From an uncultured Rhodospirillaceae bacterium (GTDB lineage: Bacteria > Pseudomonadota > Alphaproteobacteria > UBA7887), in contig CAZSYW010000001.1 of assembly GCA_964611315.1 (NCBI GenBank), forward strand, positions 3,353-67,352: 64,000 nt of DNA. Direction: 5' to 3'. The notes under the pieces are model-generated. The model had not been told where the DNA came from. It was given only the letters and a program-made list of their open reading frames with translations, and ran no database searches. A program made the position numbers and the translations under genes. Positions 20,531-29,977 of this stretch are shown in pieces. Every line of letters begins with the position of its first letter. The stretch's first letter is position 1.

Positions 20531-21789
20531 CAAAACCAGCAGCATCAGGAATTAAACTTCCTAAGCAAGAATGGATGCAAAAAGCGTCCACGCGGGCAGT
20601 CATGCAGGCCCTGACCGTCGAGGGTGCGGAGACGCGATTCGTCGGCGGCTGCGTCCGAGATTCCCTGCTCAACCGCAAAGACATGGATAATATAGATATC
20701 GCCACCTCGTTAACCCCGGAGCAAACCATACAATTGCTTGAAAATTCTGGCTTAAGAGCCATTCCAACTGGCTTGGAGCATGGCACCGTCACCGCAATCG
20801 CCGACAACGACATATTTGAAATCACTACACTGCGCCGCGATATTAATACGGATGGTCGGCATGCCACGGTTACGTTCACTAACGATTGGCTCACCGATGC
20901 CAATAGGCGGGACTTCACCATCAACGCGATGTACTGCGACCTAGAAGGGATATTATATGATCCGCTGGGAGGCGCCGCCGATCTAAGGCTTGGAGAGATA
21001 CGATTCGTGGGAAACGCTGGCAAGCGAATAGAGGAGGACGCGCTTCGCATCCTTCGGTTTTTTCGATTTTACGCCTACTTTGGAAAAAATCAGCCTAATG
21101 CAAAAGCGGTTGCCGCCTGCCGCGCTGCCGCTGCAAAAATCGAAACTCTCTCTGGCGACCGAATTCGCACAGAATTGCTTAAGTGGCTACATGCGCCCGA
21201 GCCCACCAATGCGCTTAAATGTGCTCGCGACTGCGGTGTTCTCGACTACACGCTACAGTTTTCTCCTGGTGAAACAGCTATTGCCAAGATTGAAAGTCTT
21301 CTCTCCATTGAAACTAGGATCGAACGCCCAGATCCGATGCGGAGACTAGCTGCTCTTACCAGTAACCCTAGCCAGCGCAGAACGCTGGCCAGTCACCTGA
21401 ACCTGTCCAAAGAATCGCAGTATCGCCTTGAAAATATGTTTGCCTCAACTTACGAAGTTACCCCCGACCTGAGCACCGAAAAAGCTCTCCGCTTCTTATA
21501 CCGTGTCGGGCCAGAATGCTTCACGGACATGACATTAATGGCATGGACCCGAGCTCCTAAAAGAAACTCTGGAAGTTGGCACAGGTTGTTGTCGCTAGCT
21601 GACAACTGGCAGAAACCAAAGTGCCCGATTTCTGGTGGCGATATAATCGCCCTCGGCGTGCCAGAGGGGCCGACAATTGGGGCGGTTTTAGGTGAAGTGG
21701 AGGAATGGTGGATTGCAGGAAATTTCCGAGCTGGGCGAGACGAGACTTTTGCAAAACTCCGGAGGGTCCTCGATGCACACGCAGGATGA
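20527..21789 (+). CDS. cca: CCA tRNA nucleotidyltransferase
   Basis: 420 aa with polymerase-beta nucleotidyltransferase motifs (FVGGCVRDSLL, DIDIAT, RRDFTINAM). Confidence 0.88.
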   Translation: MTKPAASGIKLPKQEWMQKASTRAVMQALTVEGAETRFVGGCVRDSLLNRKDMDNIDIATSLTPEQTIQLLENSGLRAIPTGLEHGTVTAIADNDIFEITTLRRDINTDGRHATVTFTNDWLTDANRRDFTINAMYCDLEGILYDPLGGAADLRLGEIRFVGNAGKRIEEDALRILRFFRFYAYFGKNQPNAKAVAACRAAAAKIETLSGDRIRTELLKWLHAPEPTNALKCARDCGVLDYTLQFSPGETAIAKIESLLSIETRIERPDPMRRLAALTSNPSQRRTLASHLNLSKESQYRLENMFASTYEVTPDLSTEKALRFLYRVGPECFTDMTLMAWTRAPKRNSGSWHRLLSLADNWQKPKCPISGGDIIALGVPEGPTIGAVLGEVEEWWIAGNFRAGRDETFAKLRRVLDAHAG

Positions 21790-21807
21790 AATGGTATTAC
21801 AAACCAC

Positions 21808-22713
21808 TTAAGGTTGACCTGATTTTAAAGCTGGCCTCGAACGGTAAGCCTCCCGCAGCAAGACCACCACCCCTTCGGCGCCACCATCAGCGACAGCGTG
21901 AGCAATGTTTCCCCATGGTCCATCCAGCGTCCCCACCGGAACCACATTGCTTTGAGTCACTGAACCCAGTTCTTCGCCCTCTTCGTTGATAACAGACCAA
22001 TGCACCTCCACTAATTGTCCATCCTCGTGAGCACTCACATTGACACTGCCAAGCACCATCAACGCTCCCTCTTCCGAATTAGCAAGTACACGGATGGAAC
22101 GGCGTCCAAGAGCCGCACGCATCGCTGAAGTGAGAGAAATACGGCCGTCACCCGGCGCCCCGTCAACTGGATTGAGTGAAACCCCCAACATCGAGAGTCC
22201 CCGGTCTCTCACTGCCGTTAGCTCTCCAGCGTTCATCAGGGACGCAATGCGCTGTGCAGCGTCCTCGGCCAACCTACCCGACGCCATTCTTTCAACATCG
22301 CCAACCTGCTCAAATAACCCGATGACAACTCCGTCGGCAGCGACGATCTGCCACGATAAGTGTATTGAATCGGTGGTCTCTGTCGAGAAGTTCCCTACCA
22401 ATAAATAGCTTCCCTGATTGGCGACAGCCTCGCTCGATACGATACCTTTAGAGGTCAGCTCTCCAGACAACTGTTGCAAAAAAGTTGTTTCAAAAACGGT
22501 CGGAGCATTGTCTATGCCGGCTAGAAACAAGCCGAGTTTCATTTCCAAGTTCGGTGGAACGCTTTCAGCTGCTTTCACTAAAGGCTGGAATGGCCTCGGC
22601 AGAGGTTGGCACGACACCAGAAAACACACACTGCAAAACATTACTACCGCAAGCTTGGTCTCCAAGATAATCATATTAACAACACACAGCATGCAACGAC
22701 ACTCAACAGACAT
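21808..22713 (-). CDS. lipoprotein with an internally duplicated domain (hypothetical)
   Basis: Lipobox FLVSC. Two similar halves (SYLLVGNFSTE..HLSWQIV..DGVVIG and ALMVLGSVNVS..EVHWSVIN.EGEELG). The start is uncertain (22713, or ATG at 22674). Confidence 0.55.
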   Translation of the reverse strand: MSVECRCMLCVVNMIILETKLAVVMFCSVCFLVSCQPLPRPFQPLVKAAESVPPNLEMKLGLFLAGIDNAPTVFETTFLQQLSGELTSKGIVSSEAVANQGSYLLVGNFSTETTDSIHLSWQIVAADGVVIGLFEQVGDVERMASGRLAEDAAQRIASLMNAGELTAVRDRGLSMLGVSLNPVDGAPGDGRISLTSAMRAALGRRSIRVLANSEEGALMVLGSVNVSAHEDGQLVEVHWSVINEEGEELGSVTQSNVVPVGTLDGPWGNIAHAVADGGAEGVVVLLREAYRSRPALKSGQP

Positions 22714-22746
22714 AACACCGTAAAAATTATGATATGCGGCATGATG

Positions 22747-23514
22747 CTACCGCAACACAACGGCTGATAGAACGCGCCCATAATCGGCTTCGCCAGCGTG
22801 TTGGCTGCGTCGGAAACTAAAAAACCGATCGGATTCAAGATATGTGTCTTCAGAACAACGATTGATCTCGCGGAGCCCACAGGCGACTAGACGCATTTCC
22901 GCGTAGCCAGAAAGATCAAATAAATAGTGACCAGGTCGGATCGCCGGCTTAAAAAAAGTTTGTACATTACGACTTTCTTTGACAAATCGACGAACAAATT
23001 CCGATCCCACCTCGTAAGAACGCGGTCCTATGCACGGGCCAATACTTGCCTTAATTGACTCTACATGCGCCCCCAATCCAACCATCGATTTTATTCCAGC
23101 TTCAATGACACCAGTTAAAGCGCCACGCCAACCGGCGTGGACTGAGCCTACGACACCTGCGTCCACATCCGCGAGAATTATGGGCGCACAATCAGCGGTT
23201 AGAACGCCAAGCGCGATCCCACGTTGGTTGGTAACTAGCCCATCGGCTTCAATGTTTCGGACCGACTCCATCTTCCCATTTACATTGATTATTTTGACAC
23301 CGTGCACCTGACTGCAGGTGAATAGAGCATGTGCCGGAAGGTCAAGTTGTAGCATCGCGCGCCGTCGATTCTCGATTATTGCATCCCTATCGTCATGGCT
23401 TCCATAGCTACAATTTAAGGAACTGTACACACCCGTCGAGACACCGCCCGAGCGCGTAAAAAAAGCGTGGCCCACGCTATCGAAGTCGCGCAATGCAGAC
23501 CCTAGCACGATCAC
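22747..23514 (-). CDS. pgeF: peptidoglycan editing factor / laccase-domain protein (YfiH family)
   Basis: 255 aa with the YfiH-family motifs CSQVHG, TADC and HAGWRG. Confidence 0.85.
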   Translation of the reverse strand: MIVLGSALRDFDSVGHAFFTRSGGVSTGVYSSLNCSYGSHDDRDAIIENRRRAMLQLDLPAHALFTCSQVHGVKIINVNGKMESVRNIEADGLVTNQRGIALGVLTADCAPIILADVDAGVVGSVHAGWRGALTGVIEAGIKSMVGLGAHVESIKASIGPCIGPRSYEVGSEFVRRFVKESRNVQTFFKPAIRPGHYLFDLSGYAEMRLVACGLREINRCSEDTYLESDRFFSFRRSQHAGEADYGRVLSAVVLR

Positions 23515-24617
23515 GTCGGGACTAACCCTGCCACGGATTTCAGCCTTCCCGAGGTAATGGCCATAACCTGAAATATCTCACCCATCAAGCTTGGCGCAAT
23601 CAGGCGTCTTAGTGAGGAGAATATCATCCGACGTGCCTCAATGTCTGTTTGCTCCGCCAAACGTGCTGCCCGCGCGCCGATACCTAATGACTCTAGAAAT
23701 GCCCCTTGTGAAAGAGGTCCATGCACCAACCCGCCTGCCGTCCGCGCCACCTCAGACAAGGCCCCGAAATCCACGGCGCACGCAAGATCCGCTGTCCCCG
23801 GGGCAACTAATGCATCATGGTAACGGTGCCCACTCACCGCCTGCAAACTAAAGCTCCGAGATTCAGAGATAAAATCGATGATTAGTGCGGCCCCGCCGGC
23901 ACGAGTAACACGCTCAGCAATATCGTTTGCTAAAGAAAGACCAGAAGGACAAATCTCCACTGTATCGGTAATTATATTTTTATTGTCTAACAACGCCATT
24001 GCGGGCGTCGGTCGTGCTGACAACACATACCGGAACATTTCTTGCTGATTAGGGTCACAATCAACTAGACGTTCACGCCAACCATTTTCACTTGCAACAA
24101 ATTGATGCACGGGAAGGGCGTCAAAAAATTCGTTTGCTATAAGCAACAACGGACCATCCGGAACGTCAGCCAACCGAGAGTGCCACTCCATTGCGGGGGA
24201 GGGATACAATCGCGACAATTGTTCCTGCTGTCGGGCCTGTAAAACAGGACTCGCTTCAACCAAACATAACCGAACCGCACTTCGAAAATCAGGTGATACC
24301 GCCACACCACGCCACAAATCTGAAAGCAAAGTGCCGCGTCCCGGCCCGAGTTCCACTAATAATACTGGGTCGGGCGCACCAAGTCGTTGCCAGCAATCTA
24401 CGCACCAAGCCCCGATTACCTCACCAAACATCTGGCTAATTTCCGGCGCCGTCGTAAAATCTCCGCCCACGCCGAACGGATCACGTGCCGTGTAATAACC
24501 GAATTTTGGATTGTTCAGCACCTCACTCATGTAACGAGCAACAGTCAATGGCCCACCAGCTTTGATTAATCGTCTTAAATAGGCCACTAACGAAAGTGAG
24601 CTGTGACAAACCGTCAT
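23511..24617 (-). CDS. SAM-dependent methyltransferase, DUF185 / NDUFAF7-like
   Basis: Contains DFTTAPEISQMFGE and LVELGPGRGTL. ATG 24617 makes an ATGA overlap with the lgt stop. The track start 24704 would overlap lgt by 91 nt. Confidence 0.8.
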   Translation of the reverse strand: MTVCHSSLSLVAYLRRLIKAGGPLTVARYMSEVLNNPKFGYYTARDPFGVGGDFTTAPEISQMFGEVIGAWCVDCWQRLGAPDPVLLVELGPGRGTLLSDLWRGVAVSPDFRSAVRLCLVEASPVLQARQQEQLSRLYPSPAMEWHSRLADVPDGPLLLIANEFFDALPVHQFVASENGWRERLVDCDPNQQEMFRYVLSARPTPAMALLDNKNIITDTVEICPSGLSLANDIAERVTRAGGAALIIDFISESRSFSLQAVSGHRYHDALVAPGTADLACAVDFGALSEVARTAGGLVHGPLSQGAFLESLGIGARAARLAEQTDIEARRMIFSSLRRLIAPSLMGEIFQVMAITSGRLKSVAGLVPT

Positions 24618-25402
24618 TTTTGTCGACCAGACCGAACGATCAACCAGAGCCCGACCGTTGCCATTGGGATACACAACATTTGACCCATAGTGATCGCTGA
24701 CCAAAGAAATCCGATGTGAGAATCTGGCTCGCGAAACAATTCAACAGTCAAGCGCGCAGCCGAGTATCCCACTAGGAAGATCCCACTCAACAAACCCACC
24801 CTGCGATGCGCTTTTTTCCGATGGGTTAGCCACAACATCAATAACAACAAAATACCGCCTTCCAGAGCCGCCGCGTACAGTTGGCTTGGATGTCTCAGAA
24901 CATCCCCACCTCGAGGAAAAATCATTGCCCACGGCACCTCGGTGGGTCGACCGTAGAGTTCCCCGTTAATGAAGTTGGAAAGGCGACCGAGCATCAGTCC
25001 GAACGGGAATGCGGGAGCTATCACGTCCCCTACCGCGAGGAATTCGACCCCACGACGGCGTGCAAACAACACGATTGCTACCACCACACCTATCAGCCCG
25101 CCGTGAAATGACATGCCGCCCCTCCACACTGCTAAAATTTCGAGCGGCTCCCTGATGTAATACGCGAACTGATAAAACAAGACATAACCTATTCGACCTC
25201 CTAGGATTACACCAAGCATGATCCACAGCAGCAGATCATCCACCATCTCAACACTTAAATCTAAGCCTCTTGCTTGCACAACACGGCGCACGTACTGCCA
25301 ACCTGCTATCAGCCCCGTTACATAAGCTAATGCGTACCAGCGTATAGCTAGAGGCCCAATTTGAATCGCTACCGGGTTGATATCAGGAAAGATAAGTCCC
25401 AC
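24614..25402 (-). CDS. lgt: prolipoprotein diacylglyceryl transferase
   Basis: 262 aa polytopic protein with Lgt motifs (GGRIGYVLFY, SFHGGLIG, HPSQLY). Confidence 0.9.
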   Translation of the reverse strand: MGLIFPDINPVAIQIGPLAIRWYALAYVTGLIAGWQYVRRVVQARGLDLSVEMVDDLLLWIMLGVILGGRIGYVLFYQFAYYIREPLEILAVWRGGMSFHGGLIGVVVAIVLFARRRGVEFLAVGDVIAPAFPFGLMLGRLSNFINGELYGRPTEVPWAMIFPRGGDVLRHPSQLYAAALEGGILLLLMLWLTHRKKAHRRVGLLSGIFLVGYSAARLTVELFREPDSHIGFLWSAITMGQMLCIPMATVGLWLIVRSGRQK

Positions 25403-25522
25403 GAGCTTTTTGCTCCCCTTTGATCACGCCTAACACACATCGTTTTTATGACAGCACACCAGGTCAGTGTTTCGAGCTCACCAAGCAGTCAGATGTTCGC
25501 AATCGGGACCACTAGCCCCGTT

Positions 25523-26524
25523 TTAGAGATATGGGTCATTAGTAGCCAAAAACTTGTTCACGTAGTCCGAAACACCAACCTCTAAACTGGTGAACGGCGT
25601 GACATAACCTGCCGAACGCAAATTGGACATCTGCGCCTCTGTAAAATATTGATATTTGTCCTGTATGTGATGAGGCATGGCGATAAATTCAATTTGAGGT
25701 GACTTTCCCAAGGCAGAGAATAATGCCGTCGCCATGTCGACGAAACTACGTGCCTGACCGGAGCCCAAATTAAATAAGCCGTTTACCTTTGGATTATCAA
25801 ACAACCAAAGCATCACGTCGCTACAATCACGGACATAGACGAAGTCTCTCTGTTGTTTACCGTCTTCGCAGTCAGGTCGATGCGATTTAAATAGGGTAAC
25901 CGGTTTTCCCAATTCGACTAGAGGGTATTTTTGGGCCACCACACTTTTCATTAAGCCCTTGTGATATTCGTTCGGACCATACACGTTAAAAAACTTGAGT
26001 CCCACATACTGTGGTGGGCGAGTCCGAGGATCCATAGCTAGGTGAGCCACACGTTGATCGAACAGGTGCTTGCTCCAACCGTAAGGGTTCAAAGGTTTGA
26101 GCTGACCAAGCTGGGGAATATCAAGACCGTCCGAAAAACCGGCTCCGCCGTCTCCATATGTTGCGGCCGAGGATGCATAAATCAACCGAACTCCCTGTTC
26201 GGAACAGAGACGCCACAGATCTAGGCTAAACCGAAAATTTTGCGACAGGATTAGGTCGACATCTGTCTCGGTTGTCGAGGAATTTGCGCCCAAATGAAAT
26301 ACTGCCTCGATAGCGCCCCAAGCCCCGCGATCGGCATGCTCCCGCATGTAGGGGAACAAAGCCTCTGGGGCCACGATATCGGCGATTTGGCGCCGTCCCA
26401 GGTTGCGCCATTTATCATCGGTACCTAAGTGGTCGCATACGACTATGTCTTCGCGGCCCCGGGCATTGAGCGCCGCAACCAAGTTGGAACCGATAAATCC
26501 AGCGCCACCAGTTACAATGATCAT
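25523..26524 (-). CDS. hldD: ADP-L-glycero-D-manno-heptose 6-epimerase
   Basis: 333 aa with an N-terminal Rossmann motif (MIIVTGGAGFIGSNLV), a YGWSK catalytic-type motif, and overall HldD-like length and order. Confidence 0.85.
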   Translation of the reverse strand: MIIVTGGAGFIGSNLVAALNARGREDIVVCDHLGTDDKWRNLGRRQIADIVAPEALFPYMREHADRGAWGAIEAVFHLGANSSTTETDVDLILSQNFRFSLDLWRLCSEQGVRLIYASSAATYGDGGAGFSDGLDIPQLGQLKPLNPYGWSKHLFDQRVAHLAMDPRTRPPQYVGLKFFNVYGPNEYHKGLMKSVVAQKYPLVELGKPVTLFKSHRPDCEDGKQQRDFVYVRDCSDVMLWLFDNPKVNGLFNLGSGQARSFVDMATALFSALGKSPQIEFIAMPHHIQDKYQYFTEAQMSNLRSAGYVTPFTSLEVGVSDYVNKFLATNDPYL

Positions 26525-26632
26525 TGGCGCGGGTTATAGAGCCCGTCAATCCGACGAGCAAGTAATTGCAGCATTGACCATCATGCGCTACCAACGGCAT
26601 CATTGGCCGGGCAACCAAAGGAGGTTGGCACT

Positions 26633-26962
26633 ATGCAGACTGACAACCGCTTATTTGACGATCTAGCTCGATTGGCTGGTGGCGCCTTCTCTTCTCTTTC
26701 AGCCCTTAAGGACGAGGCCGAATCTAGACTGCATGCTCAGGTTGAAAATATCTTATCGCGCATGGACCTAGTCCGTCGTGACGAATTTGATGTTGTTCGC
26801 GCTATGGCGATCAAGGCTCAAAAGACAAATGAGTTACTAGAAGGCCGAATCAAAGTCTTAGAAAGGCAATTGGCCTCACCAGAGAAAAGCGGCGGCAACG
26901 CTGCCACTCTTGGCAAATCTCCCCCCCGCCAGAGAAAAACAATTAAAGCAAACAAAAGCTGA
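26633..26962 (+). CDS. ubiK: UbiK/YqiC (BMFP) family accessory factor
   Basis: ATG 26633 follows SD AGGAGG. The coiled-coil sequence FDDLARLAGGAFSSL...VRRDEFDVVRAM is typical of the family. Confidence 0.7.
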   Translation: MQTDNRLFDDLARLAGGAFSSLSALKDEAESRLHAQVENILSRMDLVRRDEFDVVRAMAIKAQKTNELLEGRIKVLERQLASPEKSGGNAATLGKSPPRQRKTIKANKS

Positions 26963-26987
26963 CAAATATACAGGGAGCACTAATCTA

Positions 26988-27824
26988 ATGGGTGTAGATA
27001 AAGACTTGGGTCGCGTGCTGATGGTGGGCGCTGGTCAGATGGGCGGGGCTCTTATCCAAAGCTGGCTCGAAAAACAAACCACGAAGCCAACCGATATTGT
27101 ACTCATCGAACCAAATGTAGCGCGAGCAAAATATTTTCGGGATTCATATAACCTTTACACTTTCGAAGCACCGGAGGCAATTAACACGGGACTAGGCCAA
27201 GCCACCATTGTTTTTGCTATCAAACCACAGGCAATGGATGAAGTGGTCCCATTATACAAGTCGATCATCGAGCCCGGGAAATTAGTACTATCAATTGCTG
27301 CAGGCACACCAATCGCTTATTTCGAACGTCATTTTGGGCCTAATACCGCGGTAGTCCGTGCCATGCCCAATACACCAGCTTCGATTGGAATGGGAATTAC
27401 GGTACTTTGCGCCAACTCACACGTCACCGCCGAACAAAAAGCGCGCTGCGAAATTTTGATTGGTGCCGTAGGCGAAGTCGAATGGATTAAGGACGAATCC
27501 TTGATGGATGCCGTGACCGCTGTATCAGGCAGTGGACCAGCCTATGTTTTCTTGTTGATAGAATCGCTGGCGCAAGCGGGAATCAATGCAGGACTAGACC
27601 CGGAACTTGCGAACCATCTAGCACTCACCACGGTGGTCGGCGCCGGCGCCCTTGCCCAAACAAGTCAGGATACTCCAGGCGTTCTGAGGGAGAATGTCAC
27701 CAGCCCGGGAGGAACAACAGCTGCTGCCCTTGACGTGTTAATGGCGAAAAGCGGGTTAGAGCAACTCATGACCAAGGCGGTTGCTGCCGCCAAAACGCGG
27801 GGGCAGGAACTAAGTAAGGTCTAA
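26988..27824 (+). CDS. proC: pyrroline-5-carboxylate reductase
   Basis: Contains VGAGQMGGAL (Rossmann), VRAMPNTPA and SPGGTT motifs. ATG 26988 follows a GGGAG SD. The track start 26910 overlaps ubiK. Confidence 0.88.
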   Translation: MGVDKDLGRVLMVGAGQMGGALIQSWLEKQTTKPTDIVLIEPNVARAKYFRDSYNLYTFEAPEAINTGLGQATIVFAIKPQAMDEVVPLYKSIIEPGKLVLSIAAGTPIAYFERHFGPNTAVVRAMPNTPASIGMGITVLCANSHVTAEQKARCEILIGAVGEVEWIKDESLMDAVTAVSGSGPAYVFLLIESLAQAGINAGLDPELANHLALTTVVGAGALAQTSQDTPGVLRENVTSPGGTTAAALDVLMAKSGLEQLMTKAVAAAKTRGQELSKV

Positions 27825-27910
27825 TATTAGAATTACACCATATTTAGTCAGGGGTTATATTAGGATCTACCTAAATGTTTCTACATCTAAAAAGACAAAC
27901 TCGCTAGCCT

Positions 27911-28540
27911 GTGACAAAAAACAAACAAACTGCCCGTAAGAAACAAGATCAGGCAACTGAAATAATTGACGCAGCGTTGACTTTAGCCGTGAGTCGCAGG
28001 TGGACAAGTCTATGTGTTGCAGACATTGCCTCTGCAGCCGCAGTGCCAATTAACGAAGCGCTAACCTTATTTCCAACAAAATGGGCAATCTTGGATGAGT
28101 TTCAGGATCGTATAGACCACACTGTCGTTGAAAATACGGACCTAAACTCTCTCGACGCAGGAATGCGAGACCGGCTGTTTGACGTTCTGATCCGCCGCCT
28201 AGAAGCCCTCACCCCTTGGAAAGAAGGGATTGCAGCTGTCACTCGCGACACTCTGAGAGATCCGTTAGCAAGCTTTCGTAGATTAGCCTCCCTTAACACC
28301 TCCATGTCGCTCATGGCGGAATGTGCAGGACTTTCGTCGCATGGCCTATGTGCCCAGGTTAAAAGCAGCGGACTGACAATGATTTATTTGTTCGCTCTGC
28401 GCCGCTGGCTTAGCGATAGCAGTTCTGATATGGGGGCAACAATGGCCGAGTTAGACAGAAAGCTTAGGACCGCAGAACGATTGTGGCAATATTTTCCCCC
28501 CAGACAACCGCAAAAACCCCACGGCGCGGAGCAACATTAA
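27911..28540 (+). CDS. TetR/AcrR-like transcriptional regulator
   Basis: 209 aa with a GTG start. The N-terminal HTH-like region (IIDAALTLAVSRRWTSLCVADIASAAAVPINEALTLFPTK) fits the TetR pattern. Confidence 0.6.
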   Translation: MTKNKQTARKKQDQATEIIDAALTLAVSRRWTSLCVADIASAAAVPINEALTLFPTKWAILDEFQDRIDHTVVENTDLNSLDAGMRDRLFDVLIRRLEALTPWKEGIAAVTRDTLRDPLASFRRLASLNTSMSLMAECAGLSSHGLCAQVKSSGLTMIYLFALRRWLSDSSSDMGATMAELDRKLRTAERLWQYFPPRQPQKPHGAEQH

Positions 28541-28651
28541 CGACCGAAATATTATGGGACCGGATTCTATCAGCAAGTTGAGAACCGTTCCCTTTCCGCA
28601 CCATAGTGCGGCAGTCTAGCTCGGGGCCAAGGTTTTCCGGTCCAGCTTTAG

Positions 28652-29962
28652 TTAAACTGGCAAACGAACCAAAGCCCGCAACCCACCAGACGGCGATTCT
28701 CGCAGCAACAGATCACCGCCATGATTACGAACAACGTCGCGCGCGATTGTGAGACCCAACCCAACACCGCCAGTGTCTGCATTTCTCGAAGGGTCAATCC
28801 GAAAAAACGGCTTAAATACTGATTCTCGTTGCGATTTTGGGATCCCGGGCCCGTCGTCATCAACCGTTATTTCAACGATATCCTTGTTTTTAGTGGCTCC
28901 TACATGGACCTCATTGCTATACCGGGCTGCGTTGTCAATCAGGTTCGTCAAAGCGCGCTTGATTGCGTGCTGCCGAACAGTAATTTGACCCCTCGCGGTA
29001 TTCGCCAGCGTAACGTCAGCCCCGTTACGACGTGCATCCTCCACCACTTCATCTAACACCCTTTGAAGCGGCAGCGGCATAGGTACCTCACTCCCCTCAC
29101 CCCGTGCGAACGCCAAATACCCATCAACCATTTTTTCCATGTCTGAAACATCGCCTCGCAAACCTGCTGCATAATCATTTTCAGGCAACATCGCGAGCTG
29201 AAGTTTCATGCGCGTTAATGGAGTGCGAAGATCGTGACTAACACCAGCCAACATTTCAGTACGTTGTGTAATTTGACGTTGAATTCGCTCACGCATTTGT
29301 AAAAACGCATGAGCTGCTTGTCTAACTTCCCTTGCTCCTTCGGGTTTAAAGTTAACTACCTGCATTCCTTTACCAAAACTCTCTGCTGCCTGAGCGAGGC
29401 GACGAATAGGGCGGATCTGACCACGCAAAAAATAGATAGCGATCGATAGCAAAATCAGAGACGCGCCGACCATCCACGCTATAAAGATGTATGCTGTCGA
29501 ACTGAACAGACGTTTGCGCGGCGCAACAATCTCGAGCACACCGTCCGCTAACTGAACTCGTATCGTCACCTGCTCGCGCACTGAAGTATCAAAGTGAAAT
29601 CTATAGGCAAGCCGCTCCGGCAAGACTCTCTCTAGAGTCCAATCGACAGGCCCGAAAGATCGATGCGGAGGCACAATCGGCAATTCTTCCCCTTCTTGCC
29701 AATGGGCAATCACCGAAAAATGGTGCTGTGCGCGATCCATAATCCAGTTCCGCTCAGGCCCCCTCGGGTAGGTTTCAATGGCTTCTACTAACACTGAGAT
29801 ATCCCCACCCAATCCTAGAGCAAGCCGTCGGCCAACATCCTCCCAATGGCGACTGTAGAATACAAATGCCGAGACCACTTGCAAAAGCAACAGAGGCAAT
29901 ACCACAATTAGTAATGATCGGCCGAAGAACGAACCTGGCACTATACGGCGTCGCCGTCCCAT
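28652..29962 (-). CDS. sensor histidine kinase (EnvZ-like, HAMP + HisKA + HATPase)
   Basis: 436 aa with two TM segments, H-box SHDLRTPLT, G1 DDGPGIP and G2 GGVGLGL. Confidence 0.9.
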   Translation of the reverse strand: MGRRRRIVPGSFFGRSLLIVVLPLLLLQVVSAFVFYSRHWEDVGRRLALGLGGDISVLVEAIETYPRGPERNWIMDRAQHHFSVIAHWQEGEELPIVPPHRSFGPVDWTLERVLPERLAYRFHFDTSVREQVTIRVQLADGVLEIVAPRKRLFSSTAYIFIAWMVGASLILLSIAIYFLRGQIRPIRRLAQAAESFGKGMQVVNFKPEGAREVRQAAHAFLQMRERIQRQITQRTEMLAGVSHDLRTPLTRMKLQLAMLPENDYAAGLRGDVSDMEKMVDGYLAFARGEGSEVPMPLPLQRVLDEVVEDARRNGADVTLANTARGQITVRQHAIKRALTNLIDNAARYSNEVHVGATKNKDIVEITVDDDGPGIPKSQRESVFKPFFRIDPSRNADTGGVGLGLTIARDVVRNHGGDLLLRESPSGGLRALVRLPV

Positions 29963-29977
29963 TACTGAACGTGCATT

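Noticed and set aside
20508-21050. 180-aa minus-strand ORF overlapping cca, and similar long antisense ORFs at 15630-16244, 45438-45944, 5258-5746 and 12221-12613.
   Set aside because: Each lies entirely antisense to a gene with strong family motifs. Their composition is Ser/Arg/Pro-rich and low-complexity, and none has an SD. This is the typical shadow-ORF pattern.
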